39,007 bases of DNA, taken from IMG/VR virus record IMGVR_UViG_3300045988_170670, positions 1 through 39,007 of that record. One strand, given 5' to 3'. Below, piece after piece: positions 37,526 to 39,007 of this stretch. The notes beneath the pieces are model-generated. The model did not search any database, was not told the origin of the DNA, and saw only the letters and a list, made by a program, of their open reading frames with translations. Every line of letters starts with the position of its first letter. Position 1 is the stretch's first letter. The DNA is from a virus. The position numbers and the translations under genes were made by a program.

Positions 37526-37681
37526 ATGGAAAAATTAATTGTAGAAAATTTATGTACTAAATATGAAAAAAGTGGAAAATTAATTAAATTAATGTTAAGG
37601 GATTTATTAAAAGAAGGTTATAAGGTAAAAGAGGCTGTAGAATTAATAGAGAAATTTTACAATGAAAAAAGTATGCAATAA
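37526..37681 (+). CDS. 51-aa hypothetical protein next to attR
   Basis: AAGGAG RBS; MEKLIVENLCTKYEKSGKLIKLMLRDLLKEGYKVKEAVELIEKFYNEKSMQ. Confidence 0.6.
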   Translation: MEKLIVENLCTKYEKSGKLIKLMLRDLLKEGYKVKEAVELIEKFYNEKSMQ

Positions 37682-37694
37682 AGTATGCAATAGG
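37670..37694 (+). repeat. Integrase arm-type repeats, right (AGTATGCAATAAAGTATGCAATAGG)
   Basis: Paired TATGCAAT, matching 121-143. Confidence 0.75.
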
Positions 37695-37792
37695 AGAAAT
37701 ATTTTTAAATATAACGTACTACAATGGGGTAAAAACGTAGCCTTAAAATAGATAAAATTATGTAAAAATAAGTTGAAATAGTATATTCATGG

Positions 37793-37804
37793 CTACCTGC
37801 TCCA
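37793..37804 (+). other. attR core CTACCTGCTCCA
   Basis: Identical to 50-61. Confidence 0.88.
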
Positions 37805-37811
37805 GATTTAA

Positions 37812-37837
37812 AACTAGCCAACAGGCTAGTTTTTTTG
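37812..37837 (+). terminator. Host tRNA terminator, displaced by prophage insertion
   Basis: AACTAGCC-aaca-GGCTAGTT-TTTTTT just downstream of attR. Confidence 0.85.
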
Positions 37838-37900
37838 TTTCCGTTATGATGGTAAATTCTTGATTTTACATCTGGAATATGCTAAAATAAAAAAAGTAAT

Positions 37901-37975
<75 letters not shown>

Positions 37976-38404
37976 AAAAAAGAAGTTCACAGACTAATTA
38001 AAGTTCTTGAACTTCTTTTTTATGAAGAAAATCTAGAGTACTTTCTTTCATGAGGTAAGGTGTGCCAAAATTCCCCGTCCCCATTGGCACAATGCTTGAG
38101 TTTTACGCTTACCACTACCGCTTAATGTGTTGCCATTTATATCTCTCCGATCTAAAAAACACTAATTTATATTATGATTATATAATATAAAACTGATAGA
38201 TTCAATTAACTATTTTTATTATATCAGAATGCTGTAACGACCCAATTAAAATGATTAAACATCTAAAAATTGCTATAAAATTCTGACTCAAAAAACTAAC
38301 CCTAAAAATTAGATTTTTAGGGCAGGTATTTAAAATCTTTATGAACGTTTTCAAGAATTATTAACAATTTTCATGTATTGTAGTTCTTAGCAACAGTTTA
38401 TAAA

Positions 38405-39007
38405 TTACCAACCAGTATTTAAATTTGTGCTATCAACCAGGTTGCCATTTCTTAAACATTCACAAGCAATTTTGTTAATTATCCATTCACCTTCTACTTT
38501 ACCATTTCCTGCTATCCAAGATGTAGCAGTTACATTTTTGGGTTTTACAGAATATGTAACATATGCTAGTATGTCAGTTGAATTATAACCAAAGTCTATA
38601 AGTGATTGCTTTTTGCTATTACTTAAAATTTCAATTTTATCAACTCTATAATCTAATAATTTTTCTGAATTACTATTGTCTAATGCTTTTAGCTTAGCTA
38701 AAAATAAATTTTTTATAGTCTCTTCTGTTGTAAGTTGAGATGAAGAATTTTTGTTATCATTATATTTATCATCAATATTAGTTGTATTAGACTTATCAGA
38801 ATTTATTTCATCTACTTTTTCTTGTAAGCTACTTACTGTTTTATTTAAGTTACTTACTTGTGTTTGTAATTCAGCAGTTTTTTCATTTGCTTCTATTTTT
38901 TCATTATAAAACTTATACATAAAAACAGTCATTATCACAATTATGATTATTGCTAATATTAGAAATAATGTTGATAAACCTATTTTTACAACTTTCTTTT
39001 CTTCCAT
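38405..39007 (-). CDS. Host membrane-anchored coiled-coil hypothetical protein
   Basis: Single N-terminal TM, coiled coil, soluble C-terminal domain; outside attR. Confidence 0.7.
   Translation of the reverse strand: MEEKKVVKIGLSTLFLILAIIIIVIMTVFMYKFYNEKIEANEKTAELQTQVSNLNKTVSSLQEKVDEINSDKSNTTNIDDKYNDNKNSSSQLTTEETIKNLFLAKLKALDNSNSEKLLDYRVDKIEILSNSKKQSLIDFGYNSTDILAYVTYSVKPKNVTATSWIAGNGKVEGEWIINKIACECLRNGNLVDSTNLNTGW

Overview
The window holds an essentially complete integrated siphophage-type prophage (about nt 50-37804) in a very AT-rich Firmicutes-like host. It sits at the 3' end of a tRNA-Gly(UCC). A 12-bp core (CTACCTGCTCCA) is duplicated at both ends, and paired TATGCAAT arm-type repeats lie just inside each end. 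Gene order from the left: integrase, ImmA/CI-like and Cro-like switch, DUF1071 annealase with YqaJ exonuclease and a small protein with an SSB-like tail, replication genes, accessory nucleases and a methylase-like gene, ArpU/RinA-like regulator, HNH, terminases, HK97-type portal/protease/capsid, tail module, DUF859 protein, holin and amidase, a serine-dehydrogenase-proteinase (SDH_sah/ClpP-fold) cassette, and a second XRE switch near attR. The most unusual signal is a repeated pattern at the codon CGG. Six conserved-looking genes are each cut by an in-frame CGG (seven sites: 6040, 9611, 11363, 11901, 14317, 28212, 33036). In every case skipping exactly the C (NNN-C-GGN, a +1 shift) restores a longer ORF that matches the expected family sequence. 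These genes are two HNH-like nucleases, a C5-methylase-like gene with two sites, the late-regulator HTH, the tape measure protein and the DUF859 structural protein. By hand scan I found no CGG read as an ordinary in-frame codon in any other credible CDS, although several dozen CGG trinucleotides occur across codon boundaries. This points to CGG-triggered +1 frameshifting or CGGN quadruplet decoding, possibly linked to an unassigned or starved CGG codon. A systematic single-C sequence error is the main alternative. Family assignments are from recognition of sequence motifs only; no database search was run.
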